A stretch of DNA of 10,951 bases from Elusimicrobiota bacterium (GCA_043816185.1 JBDRIG010000086.1:1-10951); one strand, 5' to 3'. Counted from the stretch's first letter, positions 1 through 8,748 are shown. Notes: a model not told the origin generated them from the letters alone. Numbers and translations are program-made.

Positions 1-1
1 A

Positions 2-127
2 ATAGACAAAAAATTAGATAAAATTTTTCAAATGACTTCTAAATCTAAGAAAATTCAGGAAAATTTTGAACCTGAACTTTATGTTGTTAACAACTCTGTT
101 CCTTCCTACCAAGGGTTAGATTATTAA
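2..127 (+). CDS. 3' end of a CDS entering the window from the left (product unknown)
   Basis: Frame starting at base 2 is open (IDKKLDKIFQMTSKSKKIQENFEPELYVVNNSVPSYQGLDY*) to TAA at 125-127, 5 bp before the next gene, which suggests operon coupling. Confidence 0.5.
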   Translation: MDKKLDKIFQMTSKSKKIQENFEPELYVVNNSVPSYQGLDY

Positions 128-132
128 ATGAG

Positions 133-618
133 TTGACAAGCAAGGGTGTTACACTCGTAGAGCTGATAATAAGCACTGTTATTCTTTCTATTATAGCGAT
201 AGTTGTAGTTCCACTATTTTTAAAGTGGATGCAGTTTTGGCAATTATCAACGGCGAAGATAGAGATTCAACGCGATGCAAGAACTATTATTTCGACAATC
301 AGTAGGCATTTAATGCAAGCAACCACTTCATCGGTAATAATAGACAGATATAATTCTAATCAGCCGCCATACTCAAGAATATCATTTACAAAGGTAGATA
401 AAACGTTTACTTATTATCAGGAAGGGCAGAAGCTTTACGAGGTTATTGGTTCAACTAGATGTCTTGCAAAGTCTGTAGTGATATTATATTTTGCCTACCC
501 TGAAACGCGAGATGATTCAATTATAAATATTTCTTTGACAATGGAAAAAAAGATTATGTTGGGTTCAAAAACATCACAATTTTTAACTCAGAAAGTAAAG
601 ACGAGAATTATGAATTGA
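133..618 (+). CDS. Prepilin-type N-terminal cleavage/methylation domain protein (minor pilin/pseudopilin, PilW/GspJ-like)
   Basis: N-terminus TSKG|VTLVELIISTVILSIIAIVVVP matches the class III signal (G at -1, E at +5, hydrophobic helix). TTG start. Confidence 0.85.
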   Translation: MTSKGVTLVELIISTVILSIIAIVVVPLFLKWMQFWQLSTAKIEIQRDARTIISTISRHLMQATTSSVIIDRYNSNQPPYSRISFTKVDKTFTYYQEGQKLYEVIGSTRCLAKSVVILYFAYPETRDDSIINISLTMEKKIMLGSKTSQFLTQKVKTRIMN

Positions 619-630
619 TTAGAGGAATCT

Positions 631-1917
631 ATGAGAAACAATAAAGGACAGTTGGTAGTTTTAGTACTTATGCTTGTTATGGTATTATGTTGCGCAATTC
701 CATTTCTTGTATACGTCGTAAAACATGATGTAAAGTGGATGGTGAAAGAGGTAAAATCTACAAGGGCTTTTCATATTGCGGAAGCAGGTATTGATAGGGG
801 CGTGTTTACGCTTAATGGGATAACCGATGGTTGGAATAAAGTGACAGAAGGAATAATACCAGCAGGCTATGACGGTGAGACAATATATACAGATATTACA
901 AATGGACAATATAAAATAAAAATAACTTCACAACCAGAAGCAGGTTATGTTACAATTATGGCAGTTTGTAAAGATAGAACAACAGACGAATTAAGAGGAA
1001 TCAAAAAAGTCTATTCAAAAACTTCTGCACAATCAGTACTTGATTCAGGCGGTAATATGAGTTCTGGAGGTAATTTTGTAATACATTGGGGTCCTATAAA
1101 AGCACGAGGAGATATAGATCTTTCAGGTAGTGCTGTGGATAGATATTATCCAAGAAAATATGCGCGTGGAAATATCAATCCAAGAAATCCGCCCGATACT
1201 GATAATTGTGAATACTATGTTAAAAAAACACTTTCTAATTTGGCCGAGGTCGATCTAATGTATTACGAAAATTTGGCAAAAAATTATGTTCCTCAAATTG
1301 AAAACGGTTCTTTTACAGGTACAACTGGCGGCTACCTCGAGGGAGATTGTACCTTTGGCCCCAATTTCAGAGATTGGAATGGTGGCATAAGAGTAAACGG
1401 CGTTAATGGGGTTGGTGAAGTGCCTACATACTACATTACAGGTAATGTTACATTGAAGACCGGTACATTCATAAAAGGAAACTTGATAGTTAAAGGCAAT
1501 CTTAGGTTTAGTGGCAATGGTTTTGCAAATACTGACGACGATGACGATCTGCCTAATTATCAGGTCTTTGTTCCGAGTAATGCGAAAAAAGAATATTATC
1601 ATAAAACTGGTTGTACTCATGCTACTGCACAGCAAGTATGGATTAATAGGGGTTGGCAAAATAGTGCACAAGCAACATTATCTAATATAATATTTAATGG
1701 TTTGGTTTATGTTGAAGGAAATATAAGTTCACAGGCAGGGAATCAAACAGTTGTAGGCGTTACAATTGTTAGTGGAAATATCGAAAATTTAAACGGTAAT
1801 TCCGAAATTTATTATGACGGTGATGTTGCTGAAGAGGTAGAATATGCCGATCAGAAATTTAATGAAGAATCGTGGGCTGAATTCGTACCAGGTACATGGA
1901 GCAATCCTACGTGGTGA
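631..1917 (+). CDS. PilX-like type IV pilus minor pilin with an extended beta-rich C-terminal region
   Basis: RNNKG|QLVVLVLMLVMVL is a prepilin-like leader lacking E5 (typical of PilX/GspK). It is followed by the PilX N-terminal motif AFHIAEAGIDRG. GAGGA RBS at 623-627. Repeated G-x-[IL]-x-V-x-G-N strands in the C-terminal part. Confidence 0.75.
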   Translation: MRNNKGQLVVLVLMLVMVLCCAIPFLVYVVKHDVKWMVKEVKSTRAFHIAEAGIDRGVFTLNGITDGWNKVTEGIIPAGYDGETIYTDITNGQYKIKITSQPEAGYVTIMAVCKDRTTDELRGIKKVYSKTSAQSVLDSGGNMSSGGNFVIHWGPIKARGDIDLSGSAVDRYYPRKYARGNINPRNPPDTDNCEYYVKKTLSNLAEVDLMYYENLAKNYVPQIENGSFTGTTGGYLEGDCTFGPNFRDWNGGIRVNGVNGVGEVPTYYITGNVTLKTGTFIKGNLIVKGNLRFSGNGFANTDDDDDLPNYQVFVPSNAKKEYYHKTGCTHATAQQVWINRGWQNSAQATLSNIIFNGLVYVEGNISSQAGNQTVVGVTIVSGNIENLNGNSEIYYDGDVAEEVEYADQKFNEESWAEFVPGTWSNPTW

Positions 1918-1926
1918 ATAGGCAGC

Positions 1927-2130
1927 ACGACCGTGTCATAACTATACTTTTGGTTATTCAGACTGTGTCGCAATGAGCTAAAAAGTTGCATTTTTATAGA
2001 AGATAGCAACTAATAGTAAAATATGGTACTGCAATCTAACACCAGATGGTAAAAGATGGATTGCGACACAGTCTGAATGACGACAAAATCGCTCGCAACG
2101 ACACGCGTTTTGCTGTTGCGACACAGTCTC
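1927..2130. mobile_element. MITE-like element, copy A (outer element, interrupted by a nested element)
   Basis: Degenerate left end ACGACCGTGTCATAACTATACTTTTGGTTATT resembles GAGACTGTGTTGTAATTCCACTTTTGGTCATT at 9705. Right end CGCTCGCAACGACACGCGTTTTGCTGTTGCGACACAGTCTC (2090-2130) resembles 9806-9846. Confidence 0.7.
1956..2078. mobile_element. Nested MITE-like element with 19-bp perfect inverted repeats
   Basis: ATTCAGACTGTGTCGCAAT (1956-1974) is the exact reverse complement of ATTGCGACACAGTCTGAAT (2060-2078). The 85-bp interior shows no clear similarity to the other copies and no ORF is listed there. Confidence 0.75.
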
Positions 2131-2199
2131 ATTGCGAGGGGCGAAGTGTAAGATATGGGTTGTAAGGTAAAAATTAGAAACCGAAATTAATCACTAATC

Positions 2200-3036
2200 T
2201 TGGATGTTAAAATGGATATAAAAACAATTGTTAAATTAGCGTTGAAAGAAGATGTGCCAAAAGGCGATATCACTACGGATGTGCTGATATCGAAAAATAA
2301 AATTATTTTAGCAAAATTTATCGCCAAGGAAAATGGTGTTGTTTGTGGATTAGATATTGCAAAATTAGTTTTTCAGCAACTTGACAAAAAAATTAAATTT
2401 GTGAAAAATATAAATGATGGGCAAAAAGTAAAAAATGGTCAAGTGATTGCGACGGTAAAAGGAAAGGCACGAGTGATTTTAACCTGCGAAAGAACAGCAT
2501 TAAATTTTTTACAACACTTATCAGGCATCGCAACACTTACAAGAAAATTTGTTGATATAATTGCACAATCGCATAATCGCACAACTTCAAAAATTTATGA
2601 TACTCGCAAAACAATACCACTTTTAAGAGAATTGGAAAAATATGCCGTTCGTTGTGGTGGTGGGTATAATCACCGACCGAATCTTTCAGAAATGATTTTG
2701 GTAAAAGATAATCACTTAAAAATAATTCAAGATTCAGAGTTTAGAATTGAGAATTTGTCGAAGGGTAAAAAAGTAGAAATTGAAGCGGAAAATCTTGAAC
2801 AGATAAAAAAATTTCTAAAACTAAACCCTGATATAATTATGCTTGACAATATGAATTTTGGATTGATGAAAAAATGTATAAATTATATTCGCAAATATTC
2901 AAAATGTGAAATTGAAATCTCGGGAAATGTAAATCTAAAGACGATTAAAAAAATCGCATCTCTTAACTCTGATAGAATTGCCGTCGGAAAAATTACCCAT
3001 TCAGCATCCGCTCTTGATATTAGTTTAGAATTTTGA
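2200..3036 (+). CDS. nadC: Nicotinate-nucleotide diphosphorylase (carboxylating), quinolinate phosphoribosyltransferase
   Basis: Motifs ALKED..GDITT, ERTALNFLQHLSGIATLT, DTRKT, EKYAVRCGGGYNHR, KDNH, IMLDNM, THSASALDISL. The true start may be ATG 2212. Confidence 0.96.
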   Translation: MDVKMDIKTIVKLALKEDVPKGDITTDVLISKNKIILAKFIAKENGVVCGLDIAKLVFQQLDKKIKFVKNINDGQKVKNGQVIATVKGKARVILTCERTALNFLQHLSGIATLTRKFVDIIAQSHNRTTSKIYDTRKTIPLLRELEKYAVRCGGGYNHRPNLSEMILVKDNHLKIIQDSEFRIENLSKGKKVEIEAENLEQIKKFLKLNPDIIMLDNMNFGLMKKCINYIRKYSKCEIEISGNVNLKTIKKIASLNSDRIAVGKITHSASALDISLEF

Positions 3037-3647
3037 TGAAAATAATTGGTAAAAAAATAATTCGCTTTACAAAAACTACATCAACGCAAGATTATGCAAA
3101 AAAAATTGCTAAAAAGTCGCAATCGTGTACAATTATTATTGCCGAGAAACAAACAAAAGGTCGTGGTCGATTTGAAAATTTATGGAATTCGTTAAAAGGT
3201 GGACTTTACTTCTCGGTAATTTTGAAACCAAAAATAGAGGCAAAAGAAATTCCAGTATTAACATACAAAATGGCGTTGGCAATAGTTGCGACATTAAAAA
3301 GAATAGTTGCGAAAAATTATAGTGTTTTGGTAAAACCACCAAATGATGTTATTGTAAAATGTGAAGCATGGAATAAAAAAATTGCTGGAATTCTGACGGA
3401 AAGTTCCATCAATAATAATAAAGTTGAGTGGATTATTATTGGTGTTGGAATAAATATTAACAATAAAATTCCCAAGAATCTTAAAAACATCGCAATCTCG
3501 CTTAAAGAAATTATCTCACCATCTATTTCAAATATGAAGCAGATGTTTTATTTGCAAACAGATGATGAAATTACAAAAAAAAATTTGAACATCGACAAAA
3601 TTTTTAATGAAATAATAAGAAAATTTGTAAAAGAAATTAAAGCTTGA
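3036..3647 (+). CDS. birA: Biotin--[acetyl-CoA-carboxylase] ligase, catalytic domain only (no N-terminal HTH, no obvious C-terminal domain)
   Basis: TSTQD, AEKQTKGRGR..W, GGLYFSVIL, K-P-PND (KWPND variant), KKIAGILTE, IGVGININ. ATG at 3036 overlaps the nadC TGA. Confidence 0.9.
   Translation: MKIIGKKIIRFTKTTSTQDYAKKIAKKSQSCTIIIAEKQTKGRGRFENLWNSLKGGLYFSVILKPKIEAKEIPVLTYKMALAIVATLKRIVAKNYSVLVKPPNDVIVKCEAWNKKIAGILTESSINNNKVEWIIIGVGININNKIPKNLKNIAISLKEIISPSISNMKQMFYLQTDDEITKKNLNIDKIFNEIIRKFVKEIKA
3507..3573. repeat. 60-bp in-frame palindromic insertion in birA bounded by a 7-bp direct repeat
   Basis: GAAATTA at 3507-3513 and 3567-3573, exactly 60 bp apart. Arms ATCTCACCATCTATTTCAAATA (3513-3534) and TATTTGCAAACAGATGATGAAAT (3549-3571) pair at 19/22 with one bulge. 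Confidence 0.65.
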
Positions 3648-3671
3648 TTTTTGTAAAAATTTTTATACAAT
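3644..3671 (+). promoter_or_regulatory. Possible sigma70-type promoter for the 3714 gene
   Basis: TTGATT (3644-3649), 16 bp, TACAAT (3666-3671), followed by a GGAGG RBS at 3702-3706. The AT-rich context weakens the call. Confidence 0.4.
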
Positions 3672-3713
3672 AATCCCGATCCCATATAGTGATTTCAAAG
3701 CGGAGGAAATTTT

Positions 3714-4070
3714 GTGAAAATATTAGACTGCCTTAATGATCTAAATATCCTGTGGTTTGTCATCATAGTTGTGGCTGGATTGTGTCTTGTGACTATAGCT
3801 GTAGTTATTCTGCTTCTTGAAAAGACAGAGCAAAAACCTATCGATGGCGAGGGTTTTTCGGAAAGAGATAAAAAATTTATTGCCGAGGTTATAGAAAAAA
3901 AGATTGCCGAACTTGTTACAAGATTTGATCTTTTCAAAGAAAGCATGGATTCGGCAATACATATAATCCAAACTGTCCTCGGCAGAATTACTACAAAAAT
4001 TGATGATTTGGATAAATCTGCAGATTCTTCGCTTAATCAAAGCCAAACACAGGAAACGGAAAGTAAATAG
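3714..4070 (+). CDS. Hypothetical single-pass membrane protein with a helical/coiled-coil C-terminus
   Basis: GGAGG RBS before GTG 3714. Hydrophobic segment ILWFVIIVVAGLCLVTIAVVILLL. Co-oriented with its neighbours. Confidence 0.7.
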   Translation: MKILDCLNDLNILWFVIIVVAGLCLVTIAVVILLLEKTEQKPIDGEGFSERDKKFIAEVIEKKIAELVTRFDLFKESMDSAIHIIQTVLGRITTKIDDLDKSADSSLNQSQTQETESK

Positions 4071-4100
4071 ACGATATAAGTTTGAGAAACTATAAATCCA

Positions 4101-4730
4101 ATGAATAAAAAAAATATTTCATACATAGGAATAACAGTTGGTGTCACACTAATTTTTTTTGGTAGTAGTTTTTTGTGCCTCAGAGAAAAGGCATTAAGAA
4201 AATGTGCTATCGAAAATCCAAAAAAAGATGAAACCATAAAATATGATGTCAAAAAAGACGAAACCAAAAAAGATGAAGCTATAGTATCTAAACCAATAGT
4301 TAAACTACAATCTCCGACCGTAAAACAAACACCAGATCCGCAAAGCATCGAGAAGGTATTACCAAAATTGTCAGCAAAAACACAATCGGCTACAGTCACC
4401 AAGCATCCTTTAGTTATTGTGCAGGGTGCCAAAGATAATTCAATTAAATTAAAGAAATCGCAAAAAAAAAGAAAAATATCTTTCAGATACAGAAGTTCTA
4501 AACCGAAAACAGTATTTCTTATCGGTGATTTTAACAATTGGGATAAAAAGGCCAACCCAATGAAACAGGGAAAAAACTATGTTTGGGAAGCAATTTTATC
4601 TTTAATCCCTGGTGAATATCAGTATGCTTTTGTCGTAGATGGCAAAAGAATAAACGATCCAAACAATAAAAAAACGGTTCATCTCAAAGATGGCAAAGCA
4701 TCTATTTTGAAAATTGAACCGATACAATAA
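4101..4730 (+). CDS. N-terminally anchored protein with a C-terminal glycogen-binding (CBM48/AMPK-beta, isoamylase early-set) domain
   Basis: Hydrophobic N-terminal segment, Lys/Pro/Thr-rich linker, then VFLIGDFNNW...PM...WEAILSLIPGEYQYAFVVDG....DPNN, which is the AMPK1_CBM/E-set signature. Confidence 0.85.
   Translation: MNKKNISYIGITVGVTLIFFGSSFLCLREKALRKCAIENPKKDETIKYDVKKDETKKDEAIVSKPIVKLQSPTVKQTPDPQSIEKVLPKLSAKTQSATVTKHPLVIVQGAKDNSIKLKKSQKKRKISFRYRSSKPKTVFLIGDFNNWDKKANPMKQGKNYVWEAILSLIPGEYQYAFVVDGKRINDPNNKKTVHLKDGKASILKIEPIQ
4221..4280 (+). repeat. Four degenerate 15-bp coding tandem repeats (KKDET/IKYDV/KKDET/KKDEA)
   Basis: AAAAAAGATGAAACC, ATAAAATATGATGTC, AAAAAAGACGAAACC, AAAAAAGATGAAGCT. 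Confidence 0.7.
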
Positions 4731-4810
4731 ATCCAAATCCTTCCTCAAAATGGAAAAATATTAAACGAGAAACAATCTGTGATATTAAGATACACGATAG
4801 TACTGTTAAT

Positions 4811-4950
4811 AAGAATGTGTTGCAATAGTAAAATGTTCGTTATTGTGAACGATAGCGAAGCAATCTCGTCGTTGACCAAAAAACAGAGATTGCCACGAGC
4901 CGATAAATCGACTCTCGCAATGACCAAAAGTGGAGTTGCGACACAGTCTC
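4811..4950. mobile_element. MITE-like element, copy B (opposite orientation to copies A and C) with a REP-like palindromic core
   Basis: Degenerate end AAGAATGTGTTGCAA (4811-4825) and intact end TTGCGACACAGTCTC (4936-4950). 4885-4953 matches the reverse complement of 9702-9770 at 63/69 by manual alignment. Confidence 0.8.
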
Positions 4951-4970
4951 AATAAGAGGGGAAGGGTTGA

Positions 4971-5753
4971 GTGAATCTTCTTGCAATTGATATAGGGAAT
5001 ACAACTGTAAATTTTGGGCTCTTTGAAATTTCACAAGACGGAAAAAATAAAAAGCTAAAAACAAAAACAAAAATTTTAACCGAAAAATTTCAGAAAATTC
5101 CTCCTCCTCTTAATAATTACGACAACGCAATCATTACTTCCGTTGTTCCTAATGTAACCAATAAAATAATCAGCCAGTTAAAAATCAAACCGATAGTTCT
5201 TAATAGTAAAAATATACCCATCAAGATTAAACTTAAAACTCCAGAAAAAGTTGGTTCAGACCGTCTGGTGAATTCTGTTGCTGTTAGTGAACTTTACGGT
5301 GTTCCATCGGTAGTTATCGATTTAGGGACGGCTACAACCCTTGATGTTATATCAAAAAACAGGGAGTATCTCGGCGGTATAATTGCACCGGGTATCAGAA
5401 TTTCAGCAGAATCGCTTTATGAAAAAACAGCAAAGTTGCCTAAAATAAAACCAGAAATCCCAAAAAACGTTATAGGTAAAAATACAAAAGAAGCGATACT
5501 GTCTGGCATATTTTATGGACAAATCGGACTAATAAAAGAAGCAATAAATAAAATCGAAAATCGGAAATCATCGAGTAAATCCATCGCATGTTTTACTTGT
5601 GGCGAGGAAGTTGAAAGCAAAAATTTGAAAGTTATTTTAACTGGTGGTTATGCAAGTTTTTTTTCAAAGTATTTTCCAGATTTTATAATTGATGAAGATA
5701 TTACGTTAAAAGGGCTTGAAATAATCTTCACTAAAATTAGGAGGACAGTATGA
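4971..5753 (+). CDS. coaX: Type III pantothenate kinase
   Basis: LLAIDIGNT, SVVP, VGSDR, VIDLGTATT, GGIIAPG, TAKLP, IGKNT, VILTGG, TLKGL motifs. Confidence 0.95.
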   Translation: MNLLAIDIGNTTVNFGLFEISQDGKNKKLKTKTKILTEKFQKIPPPLNNYDNAIITSVVPNVTNKIISQLKIKPIVLNSKNIPIKIKLKTPEKVGSDRLVNSVAVSELYGVPSVVIDLGTATTLDVISKNREYLGGIIAPGIRISAESLYEKTAKLPKIKPEIPKNVIGKNTKEAILSGIFYGQIGLIKEAINKIENRKSSSKSIACFTCGEEVESKNLKVILTGGYASFFSKYFPDFIIDEDITLKGLEIIFTKIRRTV

Positions 5754-6550
5754 ACTGTATAAAAAAATTTTTTGTTTGCTTCGTTTTCACAAAAGTGAAG
5801 TGGATTTATGTGATCTGTATTTTTTGTCTGTGTAGTTTATGTGCAAGTTTTTCTTTTTCGGTGGTTTCTGATTTTGATGAACTTATCAATAAACTTGAAG
5901 ATACATACGTTGAACCATTGACAAAAGATGTTGGTAGTATCTTAGGCGGTGGTATGTTTCATTCTGGTAGAGCACTCGGAGTTATTCCAGGAATTGATGT
6001 TGGATTTTCTGCATCATCCGCGTTGATGCCAGCAAATGACGACATTATTCTAATAAATGCAATTGGCAAAAAACCTTTCGGATTTTCATATATCCAGCTA
6101 TCAAAGGGACTTCCGTATGGAATTGATATTATGCTTCGCGGTTTTCCCGAGACACAAGATATAAAATTACTTGGAGCGGGGCTTAAATATGAAATTATTG
6201 AGAAAGGAATTGCCGTTGTGAAACTTGGCTTTTCAGTAGCGTATTCATACAACCAATTGCAACACCCGAATTTCAAAGCAACAACAAATTCACTTGCAGG
6301 TATTTTTTCTGTAAAAATTCCTGTTGTCGAGCCATACCTTAGTGTTGCGATTGATTCAACCAAACTTGAAACAGATTTCACGGTTGCAGAACTTGGTGGG
6401 ACGAAAACCAATGTTGATGTTACCGCTTCACAGCCTCGCTATATTTTGGGATTGAATTTTTCGCTGTTACCGTTTACGTATATAAATCTTGCAGGAACAT
6501 ATTCTACAGATCATTACGGGGTTGATTTTGGAGTTGGACTGAATTTTTAA
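5750..6550 (+). CDS. Hypothetical exported protein, probable outer-membrane beta-barrel
   Basis: AGGAGG RBS at 5739-5744 and ATGA overlap with the coaX stop. Hydrophobic signal-like N-terminus, alternating amphipathic strands, and C-terminal ...VDFGVGLNF ending in Phe (BAM-type signal). Confidence 0.65.
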   Translation: MNCIKKFFVCFVFTKVKWIYVICIFCLCSLCASFSFSVVSDFDELINKLEDTYVEPLTKDVGSILGGGMFHSGRALGVIPGIDVGFSASSALMPANDDIILINAIGKKPFGFSYIQLSKGLPYGIDIMLRGFPETQDIKLLGAGLKYEIIEKGIAVVKLGFSVAYSYNQLQHPNFKATTNSLAGIFSVKIPVVEPYLSVAIDSTKLETDFTVAELGGTKTNVDVTASQPRYILGLNFSLLPFTYINLAGTYSTDHYGVDFGVGLNF

Positions 6551-6551
6551 C

Positions 6552-6579
6552 TTGACATCCTAAAATTTTTAAGTATAAT
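6552..6579 (+). promoter_or_regulatory. Consensus sigma70 promoter of groES-groEL
   Basis: TTGACA (6552-6557), 16 bp, TATAAT (6574-6579). Confidence 0.8.
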
Positions 6580-6643
6580 AGTTTGTTCTGAAACTTTTTT
6601 GTGAAATCGTATTTAGTATAAATCTGAAAAGGAGGTGATATTT

Positions 6644-6931
6644 ATGAAGATTAGACCGCTCGGCGACAGAGTAATTGTCAAACCTGCAGAGGAAAAAGAG
6701 GTGAGAAAAGGTGGAATTATAATTCCAGACTCGGCAAAAGAAAAACCACAGGAAGGCGAAATTATAGCTGTTGGTCCTGGTAAAGTTGATGAGACAGGTA
6801 AAAAAATTCCGATGGATGTCAAGGTAAATGACAAAATTCTCTACGGAAAATATTCCGGAACTGAGATAAAAATCGACGACAAAGAATATCTTATTATGCA
6901 TCAGGAAGATATTTTGGGAATAGTTGAGTAA
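6644..6931 (+). CDS. groES: Co-chaperonin GroES
   Basis: [12 protein letters not shown]...[16 protein letters not shown]...AVGPG...KYSGTEIK...DILG. The AGGAGGT RBS at 6630-6636 favours ATG 6644 over GTG 6635. Confidence 0.98.
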   Translation: MKIRPLGDRVIVKPAEEKEVRKGGIIIPDSAKEKPQEGEIIAVGPGKVDETGKKIPMDVKVNDKILYGKYSGTEIKIDDKEYLIMHQEDILGIVE

Positions 6932-6932
6932 A

Positions 6933-7041
6933 GTGATGTGATGATGTATGGCAACAATGGTGATATGTGGTAAAGTAACGACGGCAATATGGTGATATAG
7001 TTGTATGGTTTTTATATATCAATATATTAACATATCGCCGA
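6933..7041. repeat. Degenerate 8-bp-period repeats forming an imperfect inverted repeat in the groES-groEL spacer
   Basis: ATGGCAAC, ATGGTGAT, ACGGCAAT, ATGGTGAT, ATAGTTGT, ATGGTTTT, followed by complementary-type units ATCAATAT, ATTAACAT, ATCGCCGA. Confidence 0.55.
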
Positions 7042-7047
7042 ATTTGA

Positions 7048-8729
<1,682 letters not shown>

Positions 8730-8748
8730 AACAGTTTTAAAAAAGTTG

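Noticed and set aside
1956..2130. TTGCGACACAGTCT repeats as a CRISPR array
   Set aside because: The repeats are short, in mixed orientation and irregularly spaced, and there are no cas genes. They fit terminal inverted repeats better.
4462..4470. Poly-A and poly-T runs (here, 3575-3582, 5657-5664, 8875-8883) as phase-variation or frameshift sites
   Set aside because: The reading frames are intact and such runs are expected in this AT-rich, Lys-rich sequence.
4808..4956. A fixed-length target-site duplication for the MITE copies (for example AAT/AATAAG around copy B, GCAT around copy C)
   Set aside because: The candidates are inconsistent between copies and overlap the degenerate ends, so a TSD cannot be defined from three copies.
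4745..5070. Small minus-strand ORFs 4745-4927 and 4840-5070
   Set aside because: They are translations of MITE copy B and the antisense of the coaX start. The peptide similarity to ORFs near 9700 just reflects the DNA repeat.
5589..5600. CFTC in CoaX as a metal-binding CxxC site
   Set aside because: It lies within the hairpin-derived insertion and has no partner pair, so it is probably incidental.
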